Shown here piece after piece: positions 17,089 through 25,627 of a stretch of DNA of 43,066 nucleotides. The translations under genes and the position numbers were made by a program. Origin of the DNA: Candidatus Iainarchaeum sp. (GTDB lineage Archaea; B1Sed10-29; WALL01). Position 1 is the stretch's first letter, and every line of letters starts with the position of its first letter. The stretch is taken from positions 1 through 43,066 of the forward strand of contig JAGGYF010000044.1 in the NCBI GenBank assembly GCA_021162685.1. The letters are read 5' to 3'. Below the pieces are notes generated by a model. The model searched no databases. It worked only from the letters and a program-made list of their open reading frames with translations, and was not told the origin of the DNA.

Positions 17089-18026
17089 ATGATATGAACT
17101 TTGCGGATCTTCTAATACAAAAGATTGAGGAAAGGAACAATCCAAGTGTTGTTGGGTTAGACCCAAGGATTGAAAACATACCCTCTTCCATAAGGGAAGA
17201 AAAAGCCAACAAATATGGAGATACAGCACAGGCAGTTGCTGCAGCGTTTCTTGAATTTAATAGAGGAATCATAGATGCAGTTCACGATATTGTTCCAGCA
17301 GTCAAGCCACAAATGGCATTTTATGAGCAATATGGTCCTTATGGCGTTGAGGCATTTATTGAAACAGTAAAGTATGCCAAATCAAAAGGTTTGGTTGTGA
17401 TAGAGGATGCAAAAAGAAATGATATTGGGAGCACTGCTGTTGCATATGCAAACGGCCATCTTGGAGAAGTAGCAACATGTAAAGGGAATAAAATAGCAAT
17501 TTATGGCGTAGATGCCATTACAGTAAATGCCTATTTAGGTACAGATGGAATAAAACCATTTGTTGATAACATAAAAGAACACGGCAGAGGTTGTTTTATC
17601 CTCGTGAAAACATCAAACAAGAGTTCAGGAGAATTACAAGACCTAAAATTGCAAGATGGTAATACTGTTTATGAGAAGATGGCTCAGCTTGTGAACCAGT
17701 GGGGGGAAGGAACAGAAGGAACACTCGGATACTCATCTGTTGGAGCAGTTGTCGGTGCGACATATCCACAAGAAGCAAAGCGTTTAAGGGAAATCATGCC
17801 AAAGGCAATCTTTCTTGTTCCTGGTTATGGCGCACAGGGAGGAGGCGCTGATGATGTCTTGCCTTGTTTTAACCCAGACAAAAGAGGAGCGATAGTGAAC
17901 AGCTCAAGGGGCATAATTTTCGCATACCAGAGAAGAGAGGGATTTACAGAGGAGCAGTATAAAGAAGCAGCAAGGGCAGCAGCAGAGGATATGAGGGATG
18001 ATCTCAGGAGGGCATTAAATCTATGA
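17085..18026 (+). CDS. pyrF: Orotidine 5'-phosphate decarboxylase (long, subfamily-2 type)
   Basis: VGLDP, KPQMAFYE, DAKRNDIGST, GAVVGAT, LVPGYGAQGG, VNSSRGI. Confidence 0.95.
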   Translation: MNDMNFADLLIQKIEERNNPSVVGLDPRIENIPSSIREEKANKYGDTAQAVAAAFLEFNRGIIDAVHDIVPAVKPQMAFYEQYGPYGVEAFIETVKYAKSKGLVVIEDAKRNDIGSTAVAYANGHLGEVATCKGNKIAIYGVDAITVNAYLGTDGIKPFVDNIKEHGRGCFILVKTSNKSSGELQDLKLQDGNTVYEKMAQLVNQWGEGTEGTLGYSSVGAVVGATYPQEAKRLREIMPKAIFLVPGYGAQGGGADDVLPCFNPDKRGAIVNSSRGIIFAYQRREGFTEEQYKEAARAAAEDMRDDLRRALNL

Positions 18027-18383
18027 ATGTAATCAGAAAGGCAGGTAGACAGAGAGGTTTGGAATGTTTCTCAAAAAGTCCTTGCAGATGCAGTTAGAGG
18101 GTATAGGTTGATTATTGCTGAGGAGGATAAAGAGAACCCAGAGTTGATTGGATACCTTTTGTTACACAAGAAAGATGATGATGTGTGGCATATCCACACA
18201 TTAAATGTTTTGGATTCATATAGAAAAAAAGGAATAGGTTCAAAGCTTGTTGAAAAAGCGATACAGCATGTAAAAAACAGAAAAGGCAATACAATACTTG
18301 TACAGTCAGATATACTCGCACATGGATTTTGGCGGAAAAAGGGATTTGAGAAGAAAGGCAAATATTATGTATTAAGGCTCTAA
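18023..18383 (+). pseudogene. GNAT acetyltransferase (RimI-like) with a 5' frameshift
   Basis: ATG 18023 reads MNVIRKA.. and stops early. Another frame continues QVDREVWNVSQKVLADAVRGYRLIIAEE..YRKKGIGSKLV..FWRKKGF. Confidence 0.6.
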
Positions 18384-18568
18384 GGCGTTTTTCTTTCCCT
18401 GTATCTGGTTTTCTTAAACGCTGCCTGGACAGACTTTGCAATACTCATAGCAATGGTGTCTTTCTGATGGTCCGAGATACCTGGTATTGTGCTTTCTCCT
18501 CGGAGTTCCTTTGCCTTTTTCTTTACCCTCTTCCAGAGATGTGCAACACGTTCTGCCCATTCTCCCAT
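18380..18568 (-). CDS. Small basic hypothetical protein
   Basis: 62-aa ORF with a GGTGG RBS directly after the 605-aa gene. Confidence 0.6.
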   Translation of the reverse strand: MGEWAERVAHLWKRVKKKAKELRGESTIPGISDHQKDTIAMSIAKSVQAAFKKTRYRERKTP

Positions 18569-18576
18569 GCTACCAC

Positions 18577-20394
18577 CTATTTTAATTCCTCTGTCTTTAA
18601 ATGCCTTTTCACTAATGACACAATGTATTCTCCTTTTTGCGGAGCCCTCTCAAGTATCTTTTTTCTGGCAACATCAAAAAATGCATTAATGTTCTCCCTT
18701 CCTGTTACAATCCCCTCCTTTTCTGCGCTGTGAGATATTAGCTTTGCGATCTCTCTTGCCAATACATCAGCAGCTTCCTCTTTCTTTGGGCTGTATATGC
18801 TTTTGCTTACATAATATACCTCTGGCTTTTCCTTTTCTTCAACTGTGAAGTTAGACAAGTCCCCATCTAACACCCAACCCGTTTTTCCAAACGCAGTAAG
18901 CATATGGTCAATTGCCCTCCCCACATGTTGCCTTAGCTTTCCCTGTTTGATCTCCTCCTCTGTAAATATCTTCCTCCACAGGTCTTCACCTTTATATTCC
19001 TCCCTTGTTATAAGCCCTCCTCCAACAAACACAAAATCAATTATCCTTGAGATGGGTATATGCTTGGAAAGTGTTTCGTCTACCTTCATCCTTTTCTCAA
19101 TTTCAAGTGTTGGTTCACGCGGGTGTTTTATAACCACACCATCTATAGTTTTATGTACTGTATGTTTGTCTGTTGATGCTAGGTACTCTCCAGTTATGGC
19201 AACATCTTTTATCTTGTGCACCAATCCCAATTTATCAATCTTACCAAATATCTTGTCCAAGAGGGATGGTCTTCCTACAACATATAAGGGAACCTTTATG
19301 TCAGGTGGTGGCTCTACTGGTTTTAGTGTTGTGGATGATACCTTTGCCTCCCCTTTTTTTAAATCCTTTATCTTCCATTTTTCCTCATGTAGATTTATCC
19401 CAGCCTTTTCCAATTCCTTATATCTGTTGAGCAGGGACTCCATCTCGTTTATAATCTCCTTTGCAGTTGATTGTGGATACTCATCATATATCCTTCTTTT
19501 GACATATTCTTTTAACTTCTCATAAACATGTTCCTCACCAGTTACCTTTTTCTCCTTTATTCTTGCATGGTCAAGTTGTGTAGCAATCATCCCAGCAGTA
19601 AAAAAAGGGACTTGTTCTTTGTTTATGTGCTCGCCTGGTACAATTATGCCTCTGTCTATATAGACAACATCATACTTTCTGCCTGATCTTGATATGTTGT
19701 CCAGGAATGTTCTCAATGTGTTTATCCTGGTTTTGTACTCATTCTGTACGTAATCTGGAAGGTATTTGAAATCAATCTTTTCTGTTTCCCCCTCCAAATC
19801 CTCTAATGTCTTCTGGAGTTTCTCCCTTAGATATACATCAGCCTCTCTTACAACAAAATTCGTCTGCTTTCCATCAATCACATATCCCTTTTTGGATGCA
19901 ACATCAATGATTGCATCCAACTGTTTTTTTATAATCTCTTCAAAGTCTCCTCTTCTGATTGCATCCTCATCAAACTCAATCCTAGACAAGTCATATGGCC
20001 CCTCATACGTTTCTGTCACTATTGCACCGTGTTTCTTATCTATAAATGGGGTGTACACAGGAATAGATGTTAAGATGACACTCCCAACCTCCATAAAATG
20101 CTTTGCTTTCTTCATGGTTTTTCCTATATCCAATGATTCCTTGATAGTGTCAGAGGTAGGGAATTTTGCGACAATGGGCCCTCTTGCTTCTTCATAGTCC
20201 CTGAGTGCCATATCTTTTATGAAACCAATACCTTCTCTTCTAAGCCCATGCTTTGTTGTAAATACATGGTATTCATTGCCTGAACGTATGTATTTATCTA
20301 CCTGGATAAAAGTAGCAAAAGGTTCTGGAATCCTCTTTTCCTTTAAGGATTCTGGAATCTCCTTAAAAGGCTCTGCCTTCTTCTTAAATACCAC
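18577..20394 (-). CDS. Orphan protein with two tandem kinase-like domains
   Basis: Domain 1: IRSGNEYHVF, VAKF, IDGKQTNF, VYIDRG. Domain 2: VVIKHP, LDGDLSNF, VYYVSKS. Confidence 0.6.
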   Translation of the reverse strand: MVFKKKAEPFKEIPESLKEKRIPEPFATFIQVDKYIRSGNEYHVFTTKHGLRREGIGFIKDMALRDYEEARGPIVAKFPTSDTIKESLDIGKTMKKAKHFMEVGSVILTSIPVYTPFIDKKHGAIVTETYEGPYDLSRIEFDEDAIRRGDFEEIIKKQLDAIIDVASKKGYVIDGKQTNFVVREADVYLREKLQKTLEDLEGETEKIDFKYLPDYVQNEYKTRINTLRTFLDNISRSGRKYDVVYIDRGIIVPGEHINKEQVPFFTAGMIATQLDHARIKEKKVTGEEHVYEKLKEYVKRRIYDEYPQSTAKEIINEMESLLNRYKELEKAGINLHEEKWKIKDLKKGEAKVSSTTLKPVEPPPDIKVPLYVVGRPSLLDKIFGKIDKLGLVHKIKDVAITGEYLASTDKHTVHKTIDGVVIKHPREPTLEIEKRMKVDETLSKHIPISRIIDFVFVGGGLITREEYKGEDLWRKIFTEEEIKQGKLRQHVGRAIDHMLTAFGKTGWVLDGDLSNFTVEEKEKPEVYYVSKSIYSPKKEEAADVLAREIAKLISHSAEKEGIVTGRENINAFFDVARKKILERAPQKGEYIVSLVKRHLKTEELK

Positions 20395-20419
20395 AACAAT
20401 ATTATTGCAGAATTAGTTA

Positions 20420-20650
20420 TTAAATCTTCTGCAATTGCTCAATGAGGAACTTTTTTACGCCCTCATCATCTGGGATACCTATGCCCCCTTTATACCTCTT
20501 GTTTCCGTTTGGCATAAAGTAGCCCTTTGAGAGGCTTATAAATTCGTTGTCCTCAACCTTCTTTCTTGCGATTTCTATAAAGTTGTTGTTTCCATATCTA
20601 TATTCTTGTACAGATATTGTTGTGTATTCAACCATTCTAAACTCCTCCAT
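20420..20650 (-). CDS. Small conserved-looking protein, possibly PC4-like ssDNA-binding fold
   Basis: Beta-rich FIEIARKK..EFISLSKGYF..G.KRYKGGIGI followed by a C-terminal helix. The fold call is an inference. Confidence 0.55.
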   Translation of the reverse strand: MEEFRMVEYTTISVQEYRYGNNNFIEIARKKVEDNEFISLSKGYFMPNGNKRYKGGIGIPDDEGVKKFLIEQLQKI

Positions 20651-20749
20651 AATGCAGTGCTCTAATTGCTACATTTGGGGTTTAAAAAGCATGTGGTTTA
20701 TAAAGGATGGGATACATAATTAAAAGAGCTTTATAAAGAGGCGGTTTCT

Positions 20750-21022
20750 ATGGAGAACAAGTATAATATAAAAATAGTAAACATGGTTGCATCTGCAAAT
20801 TTTAATATAAATCTAGACCTCTTTGCGCTGGCAAGGGAGGTTGATACAGTAGAATACGAGCCAGAGCAGTTCCCAGGCGCTATTCTGAAGCTGAGCAACC
20901 CAAAAACAAGCCTCCTATTGTTCAAGAATGGAAAGGTTATATGCACTGGCGCCCGCTCTGAGAAGGATGTTGAGAAAGCGCTCAAGAAGACCATAGAAAT
21001 CATAAAGAAGTTTGCAGCATGA
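20750..21022 (+). CDS. tbp: TATA-box binding protein, single-repeat form (90 aa)
   Basis: KIVNMVAS, LDL, YEPEQFPG, LLFKNGKVICTGARS. Only one TBP repeat, then a stop and the next gene. Confidence 0.9.
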   Translation: MENKYNIKIVNMVASANFNINLDLFALAREVDTVEYEPEQFPGAILKLSNPKTSLLLFKNGKVICTGARSEKDVEKALKKTIEIIKKFAA

Positions 21023-21054
21023 TTTTTATACTGCTATTGCCTTCTATGTAGTCA

Positions 21055-21795
21055 ATGGTACGCAGATGGAAAACAGGCATAAAGGGGTTAGATGAGCTGT
21101 TGAGCGGGGGCATTCCAGAGTCATCTCTTATTGGTTTAGTTGGAAGCCCCGGCACTGGAAAAACAACATTTGTTATGCAGATGACCTATAACGCGCTCAA
21201 GGAAGATATGCCTGTAATCTATGTAGTAACTGGTTACCCTATAGATGAGTTCAAGGGGAGAATGAAGGAGGAGGGATATCTCCTAAAATCATTTAAAAAG
21301 AATATATGCTTCATAGATGCGTTCTCATGGAGGCTGCCAAATGCAAGAAAGGACGAGCACACACTCAGCTCATTAACTGCCTTGAACGATCTAAACGCAA
21401 TGATAAAAAATGCCATAGTTGATTTACAAATGGATACTAGTCCTGGGCTCATAGCAATTGATTCATTATCAGATTTCCTGTTGTATAATGACCCAACAAG
21501 TGTGTACAAGTTTCTCCAACTCCTTTCTGGTTTAGTGAAGGCATATACCTCTGTTGGTATCGTGGTTATTGAGCAAGGATTGCATGATGAGCAGGTACTA
21601 AAGACCATTGAATACATTACAGATGGAACCTTAGAGCTGAAGATGTTTGGCGATAAAAGAATGGGCAGAATAAAACGAATGAAGGACACTGCTCACCCGT
21701 TAGATTGGGTTGAGTTTGAACTCGGAAAGGAAATTATTATAAAAGTGAATGGCGATTTATTGTTTAAACATGGGATGATAAAAAAACCCAGGTGA
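21055..21795 (+). CDS. KaiC/RAD55-like RecA-superfamily ATPase
   Basis: TGIKGLDELLSGGIP, Walker A GSPGTGKT, IAIDSLS, EYITDG, KRMKDT.H. Confidence 0.92.
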   Translation: MVRRWKTGIKGLDELLSGGIPESSLIGLVGSPGTGKTTFVMQMTYNALKEDMPVIYVVTGYPIDEFKGRMKEEGYLLKSFKKNICFIDAFSWRLPNARKDEHTLSSLTALNDLNAMIKNAIVDLQMDTSPGLIAIDSLSDFLLYNDPTSVYKFLQLLSGLVKAYTSVGIVVIEQGLHDEQVLKTIEYITDGTLELKMFGDKRMGRIKRMKDTAHPLDWVEFELGKEIIIKVNGDLLFKHGMIKKPR

Positions 21796-21799
21796 TATT

Positions 21800-22216
21800 A
21801 TGAATGGCATATGTGATGTTGGAGCATTTGAGACATGTATATACGCCCTCTACTTTGTGAGCTTTGTACTGAACATTATAGCAGTATATTATGCATGGCA
21901 GTTCCGCAAATGGTATGCAGAGGAGGTTGGGAGGGCATTGAAGTTTATATGTTACTCATTCACGCTTCTTCTGGTTATCTACGTGACTATTGGGCTTTCT
22001 ATTATCTACAGTCAGGTAGAATATGGCGTTGTTTTGATGCCGCAGATAGATAATTCATGTGTTCCATGGTTATTAATACCATGGATCCTTATGTCACTAG
22101 TTGCAAGCGCACTCCTGTGGAAAGCGAGTACAATTATGAGAGACATGGCTGAACGTATTATTGAAAAGGAAAAACAGGATAGAAAACGAAAAGCCAGGAA
22201 ATCAAAGCCCAAGTGA
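21800..22216 (+). CDS. Membrane protein (3 TM)
   Basis: Three hydrophobic helices and a basic tail; GGTGA RBS. Confidence 0.75.
   Translation: MNGICDVGAFETCIYALYFVSFVLNIIAVYYAWQFRKWYAEEVGRALKFICYSFTLLLVIYVTIGLSIIYSQVEYGVVLMPQIDNSCVPWLLIPWILMSLVASALLWKASTIMRDMAERIIEKEKQDRKRKARKSKPK
22180..22192 (-). terminator. U-rich terminator of the candidate ncRNA
   Basis: TTTTCGTTTTCT immediately after the closing stem of domain 3. Confidence 0.5.
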
Positions 22217-22634
22217 GGTTGGGATTTGCCCTACCTCATTATCCTGCTTTTGACGGCAGGGTGAGAGATTTCCTCTCGCCTTAACCGCTTGACGCTTACG
22301 CGTCAATTGGTTTCCTGGTTTCGGACAAGCCTACACCAGGACCGTAACCTACTCGCAGGAACTTGAGTTGCTCTTCCCTGGCTCGTTTCCAGGCATCTGA
22401 GCTTAAGCCAAGCAGGATGTTTCTTCCTGCTTAGTCACCTCCGTTTGGGGGAACACATGGTTCCGACCTACTCCGGAGAGCTTAAGTTGCTCTGCCTGGA
22501 TCCCCGGATTTCAGAGCTCAGGCGTCGGAGCATTTTGCTCCAACACTTAGGCTTGGTTCGGTGTGAGATGAGGAGCCATGAAGGCCCTCTTCAGTGACCT
22601 ACTACAAGCACCTGAGTTGCTCAATCCGGGGGGC
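22192..22634 (-). ncRNA. Candidate novel structured ncRNA made of three tandem homologous domains
   Basis: GC-rich intergenic region. Three domains (22502-22631, 22388-22500, 22192-22383), each closed by its own stem and each containing GAGCAACT and AGTAGGT, with compensatory stem changes. Confidence 0.8.
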
Positions 22635-22653
22635 AATACTAGTGGAAATCTTA

Positions 22654-22662
22654 TTATAAAAA
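22654..22662 (-). promoter_or_regulatory. TATA box for the candidate ncRNA
   Basis: TTTTTATAA about 24 nt upstream of the G at 22634 that precedes domain 1. Confidence 0.6.
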
Positions 22663-22694
22663 TATATCGTGCAAAAAATATATCTACTCATTTT

Positions 22695-23273
22695 TTAGTT
22701 ATCTCTTCTGAGTGCATTTGTAAATACTTCTCTAACCCAACTCTTCTCTTTGAGAAAATCCCGTAGGAAATGCTCAAAATACTGTTTGTTTACAAAAAGC
22801 ACACCATTGTATAATGCCCACCGTGATGGAGTGTCTAGTACATCAATACTGTAATCAACAAGACCTATGGGCAGAACTGTATGGTCCATTCCTGTTGCAA
22901 TAGAGAATGCCTTTCCAAGGTATCCAGCACCACAGCATTGCAAAAACAGGTCATCAGCGCTATTAAGAACATTACTACCTGCAACCATGAGCATACCGTT
23001 ATTATCAAATCTCAGCTGCTTCTCTGTGCCTTTCTGTGTCTTTTCTTCTATGGAAAGCGCGGCCCAATGGTCTGGTTTCCACGCAAATATATCTACTTCA
23101 TAGGTATATGAGCGCCTCGGCAATGCCTTGTTCTTTTCAATCCATACCCTTGCCTCTGTGCTATTGTTGTTTTTTATAAAATCAGAGATTGTACTCTGCT
23201 TTAATCTGTGAATATAGTTCATCCCATACTTTTTTAGGATATTAACTATCCTCAATTCCTCTTCCAGTCCCAA
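22695..23273 (-). CDS. PD-(D/E)XK restriction-endonuclease-like protein
   Basis: N-terminal helix with EEE, then YEVDIFAWK..SIEEKT (D..ExK pattern). TTG start after GGTGA. Confidence 0.6.
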   Translation of the reverse strand: MGLEEELRIVNILKKYGMNYIHRLKQSTISDFIKNNNSTEARVWIEKNKALPRRSYTYEVDIFAWKPDHWAALSIEEKTQKGTEKQLRFDNNGMLMVAGSNVLNSADDLFLQCCGAGYLGKAFSIATGMDHTVLPIGLVDYSIDVLDTPSRWALYNGVLFVNKQYFEHFLRDFLKEKSWVREVFTNALRRDN

Positions 23274-23371
23274 ACACTCACCAGCGGCCCTTGTTACTTA
23301 AACACATCTTCTGTTTATAAATATTATGGACTTAGCCCACATTTAAATATATAAAACGCTTTTCTATACTT

Positions 23372-23971
23372 ATGAAGCGCATAAAGAAGAAATTAAGGAA
23401 TATACAATGGGCAGTTTTTATTATTGTGCTCTCTTTGATCATATTTGCTATTGCTGTTTATTGGATAAGCGGCAGCCCAACCACCTACAACCAGACATAT
23501 GAGAAACCAGAGGGCACCATTCATCAAGAAAATAAGTCTGAGCCACAGTCTGAAAATACAACATTTGCCAGGCAGGAGACCAAGGTTGAAAACGCCACCA
23601 GAGAGATTAGGTGTGTAGACCTGATCACTGGTATTGATAGCATCCCGGATGCAATGGAATGTTTTGGTGATAATTATCTTGCTTGTACATACTACTTCTT
23701 GTTGAAGGCAAGAGAAGTCCAGGGGAGTGAATATGAGGACGGATATTATAAGCAACAACTAATCGTTGCATATGCGAATAAGGCAATGGAATGTGCGCAG
23801 TTTGGGCGGTATGTTGATAATCGTTTCCCAGAGGATACTGGCAAAACAATTAGCGTGTATCTGAATACATACCAAACCTGCTACGAAAACCAGGAATGTT
23901 GGAAGAGCATAGGAACAGAAGCATTGAAGGATGTTGATGCATTGATAGCTGAACTCAGTGGTTATATCTAA
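23372..23971 (+). CDS. Membrane-anchored extracellular protein
   Basis: Basic N-terminus, one TM segment, polar linker with NxT/S sequons and a Cys-containing helical domain. Confidence 0.75.
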   Translation: MKRIKKKLRNIQWAVFIIVLSLIIFAIAVYWISGSPTTYNQTYEKPEGTIHQENKSEPQSENTTFARQETKVENATREIRCVDLITGIDSIPDAMECFGDNYLACTYYFLLKAREVQGSEYEDGYYKQQLIVAYANKAMECAQFGRYVDNRFPEDTGKTISVYLNTYQTCYENQECWKSIGTEALKDVDALIAELSGYI

Positions 23972-24004
23972 ACATTTATATACTCCTGTTTGCAAAAAAG
24001 AATC

Positions 24005-25081
24005 ATGCCAATACCACCAACAACACCAGAGGAAGTTTTTAAACAATTCAGGCGTTTCAGAAACAAGGTCAAGTCATTTGAGAGAAGGAGTAAGTACCTG
24101 AGTTGCTTAAAGAGATTGACTGTCATTACTGACATTGTCAAATCAGAACCAAAGGCAAGTTTAGTGTTTGACCTTACAGATGAGAACCTTAGGCCTTTAA
24201 CTATGAAAGAGGCAGCCAAGACAGTTCGCATAGATATCTCACCTTTATTTAGGGATGAAACACAAGAGTTACTGAAAAGGCATTTTCTTAGAGGGAAGAA
24301 GGACATTGATGAGGTATTTGCAGAAGCATTGATGAACAATGCTGAATTAAATCCAGGTCATCGTTCAAATAGAGAGATGAAAGAACAACTGGTTAGTATC
24401 ATAAAGGATATGGAGATGAACGAAAAAGAAAAGATCGTAGGGATTCTCCTGGCACGTCCAGAAAAAGCACGACTTCCTGAGGGGGCTGATGAACAACTAA
24501 TATCTCTACTGGACGAATTCGCAGAGAATAGCGATATACTCAACCCTCGACTCATATATGTTCCGACATATGTGCCGCGAAACCATATTTTAGCAAGAAT
24601 ACCTGATGAACAAAAAAGGTTGATGGAAGAACAAAAGATATTAGAAGCAGAGGGAAGAATGTTTTTAGAGCCAATAAAGAATATGTTAAGATCCATAAGC
24701 AATTCAGATATAAAAGAGAAACACCTTGAAAATCTTGATGCATTTCTATTTGATTTGAGAGAGAGGCACACACATATCCTTGAAACGAAGATCAATGATA
24801 TCCCATTTAGGATGCACTACAACCCATTTACTGGTGAGTTTGGGATTAGTTCAAACAATCTTCATAAATTATTGGAGCATTTGGGCGACCCCCTCATAAA
24901 ATATAAGGAGAACATAAGACCATACTCCTTAGAATTTGAAATAGACAAGGAGGGAAATATAACAATACCAAAAAAGCGAAAAACAGAAAACACGTTCTCC
25001 TATGTCTATGTTCCATACACTGCGCTATTCCAAGCACTACACAAAAGGTATAAAGAAAAGATTGCGGAAGAGTGGAAATAA
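24005..25081 (+). CDS. Hypothetical charged protein
   Basis: Long open frame; ATG at 24005 (MPIPPTTPEE). No recognised motif. Confidence 0.75.
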   Translation: MPIPPTTPEEVFKQFRRFRNKVKSFERRSKYLSCLKRLTVITDIVKSEPKASLVFDLTDENLRPLTMKEAAKTVRIDISPLFRDETQELLKRHFLRGKKDIDEVFAEALMNNAELNPGHRSNREMKEQLVSIIKDMEMNEKEKIVGILLARPEKARLPEGADEQLISLLDEFAENSDILNPRLIYVPTYVPRNHILARIPDEQKRLMEEQKILEAEGRMFLEPIKNMLRSISNSDIKEKHLENLDAFLFDLRERHTHILETKINDIPFRMHYNPFTGEFGISSNNLHKLLEHLGDPLIKYKENIRPYSLEFEIDKEGNITIPKKRKTENTFSYVYVPYTALFQALHKRYKEKIAEEWK

Positions 25082-25084
25082 AGT

Positions 25085-25588
25085 TTACCCAATCGCCGTT
25101 TTCACATGCTCTTCTTTCTTCCTTTTCTTCACGTGTGTTGCTGCCTTTTTTATGTGTTCTTTTACTGATATCTTCTTTTTACCTTTCTTTGGTGCTTTTA
25201 GGTATAATTGAGCAGCAACAAACCCAACTGCAAAGTTATATAATGCACTCCACTGTGTTTCAACCAAACCAGCAAGTTTTTGTTTTGTGTAGAAAAGGAA
25301 TTCATACCATTTCCCAGGTGTTGAGCCAATAAATGTTACCAAATAACCATCCTTTTCTGGTGCAACCAACCATTTAAATCTGTATTCATATGGGATAAAC
25401 CTTACAACGCAAAATATAAGGCCTTTATTTGGATTTACTTCAAGTGTTGCATCAAATCCTGGCTCTTTGCCATAATTAAATCTAGCATCATCAATTAATC
25501 CTTCTGATATGGACTCAATGGCCCTTACGATAACCTCTTTTGGGATATGCCTGAAATGTGCCTGTTCCTTTATTATAGCCATATACAC
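25085..25588 (-). CDS. Hypothetical protein with basic C-terminal tail
   Basis: 167-aa ORF with a GGTGG RBS. Confidence 0.7.
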   Translation of the reverse strand: MYMAIIKEQAHFRHIPKEVIVRAIESISEGLIDDARFNYGKEPGFDATLEVNPNKGLIFCVVRFIPYEYRFKWLVAPEKDGYLVTFIGSTPGKWYEFLFYTKQKLAGLVETQWSALYNFAVGFVAAQLYLKAPKKGKKKISVKEHIKKAATHVKKRKKEEHVKTAIG

Positions 25589-25627
25589 ACCACCTTTTTG
25601 AAATACTGCATATGTATTTAAAAAGAT

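Noticed and set aside
22192..22634. RNase P RNA or SRP RNA as the identity of the GC-rich intergenic region
   Set aside because: No GAGGAAAGTCC / AAC..AA..GGCTTA P4 elements and no SRP helix-8 CAGG..GNRA..AGCA arrangement on either strand. The three-fold internal repetition fits neither RNA.
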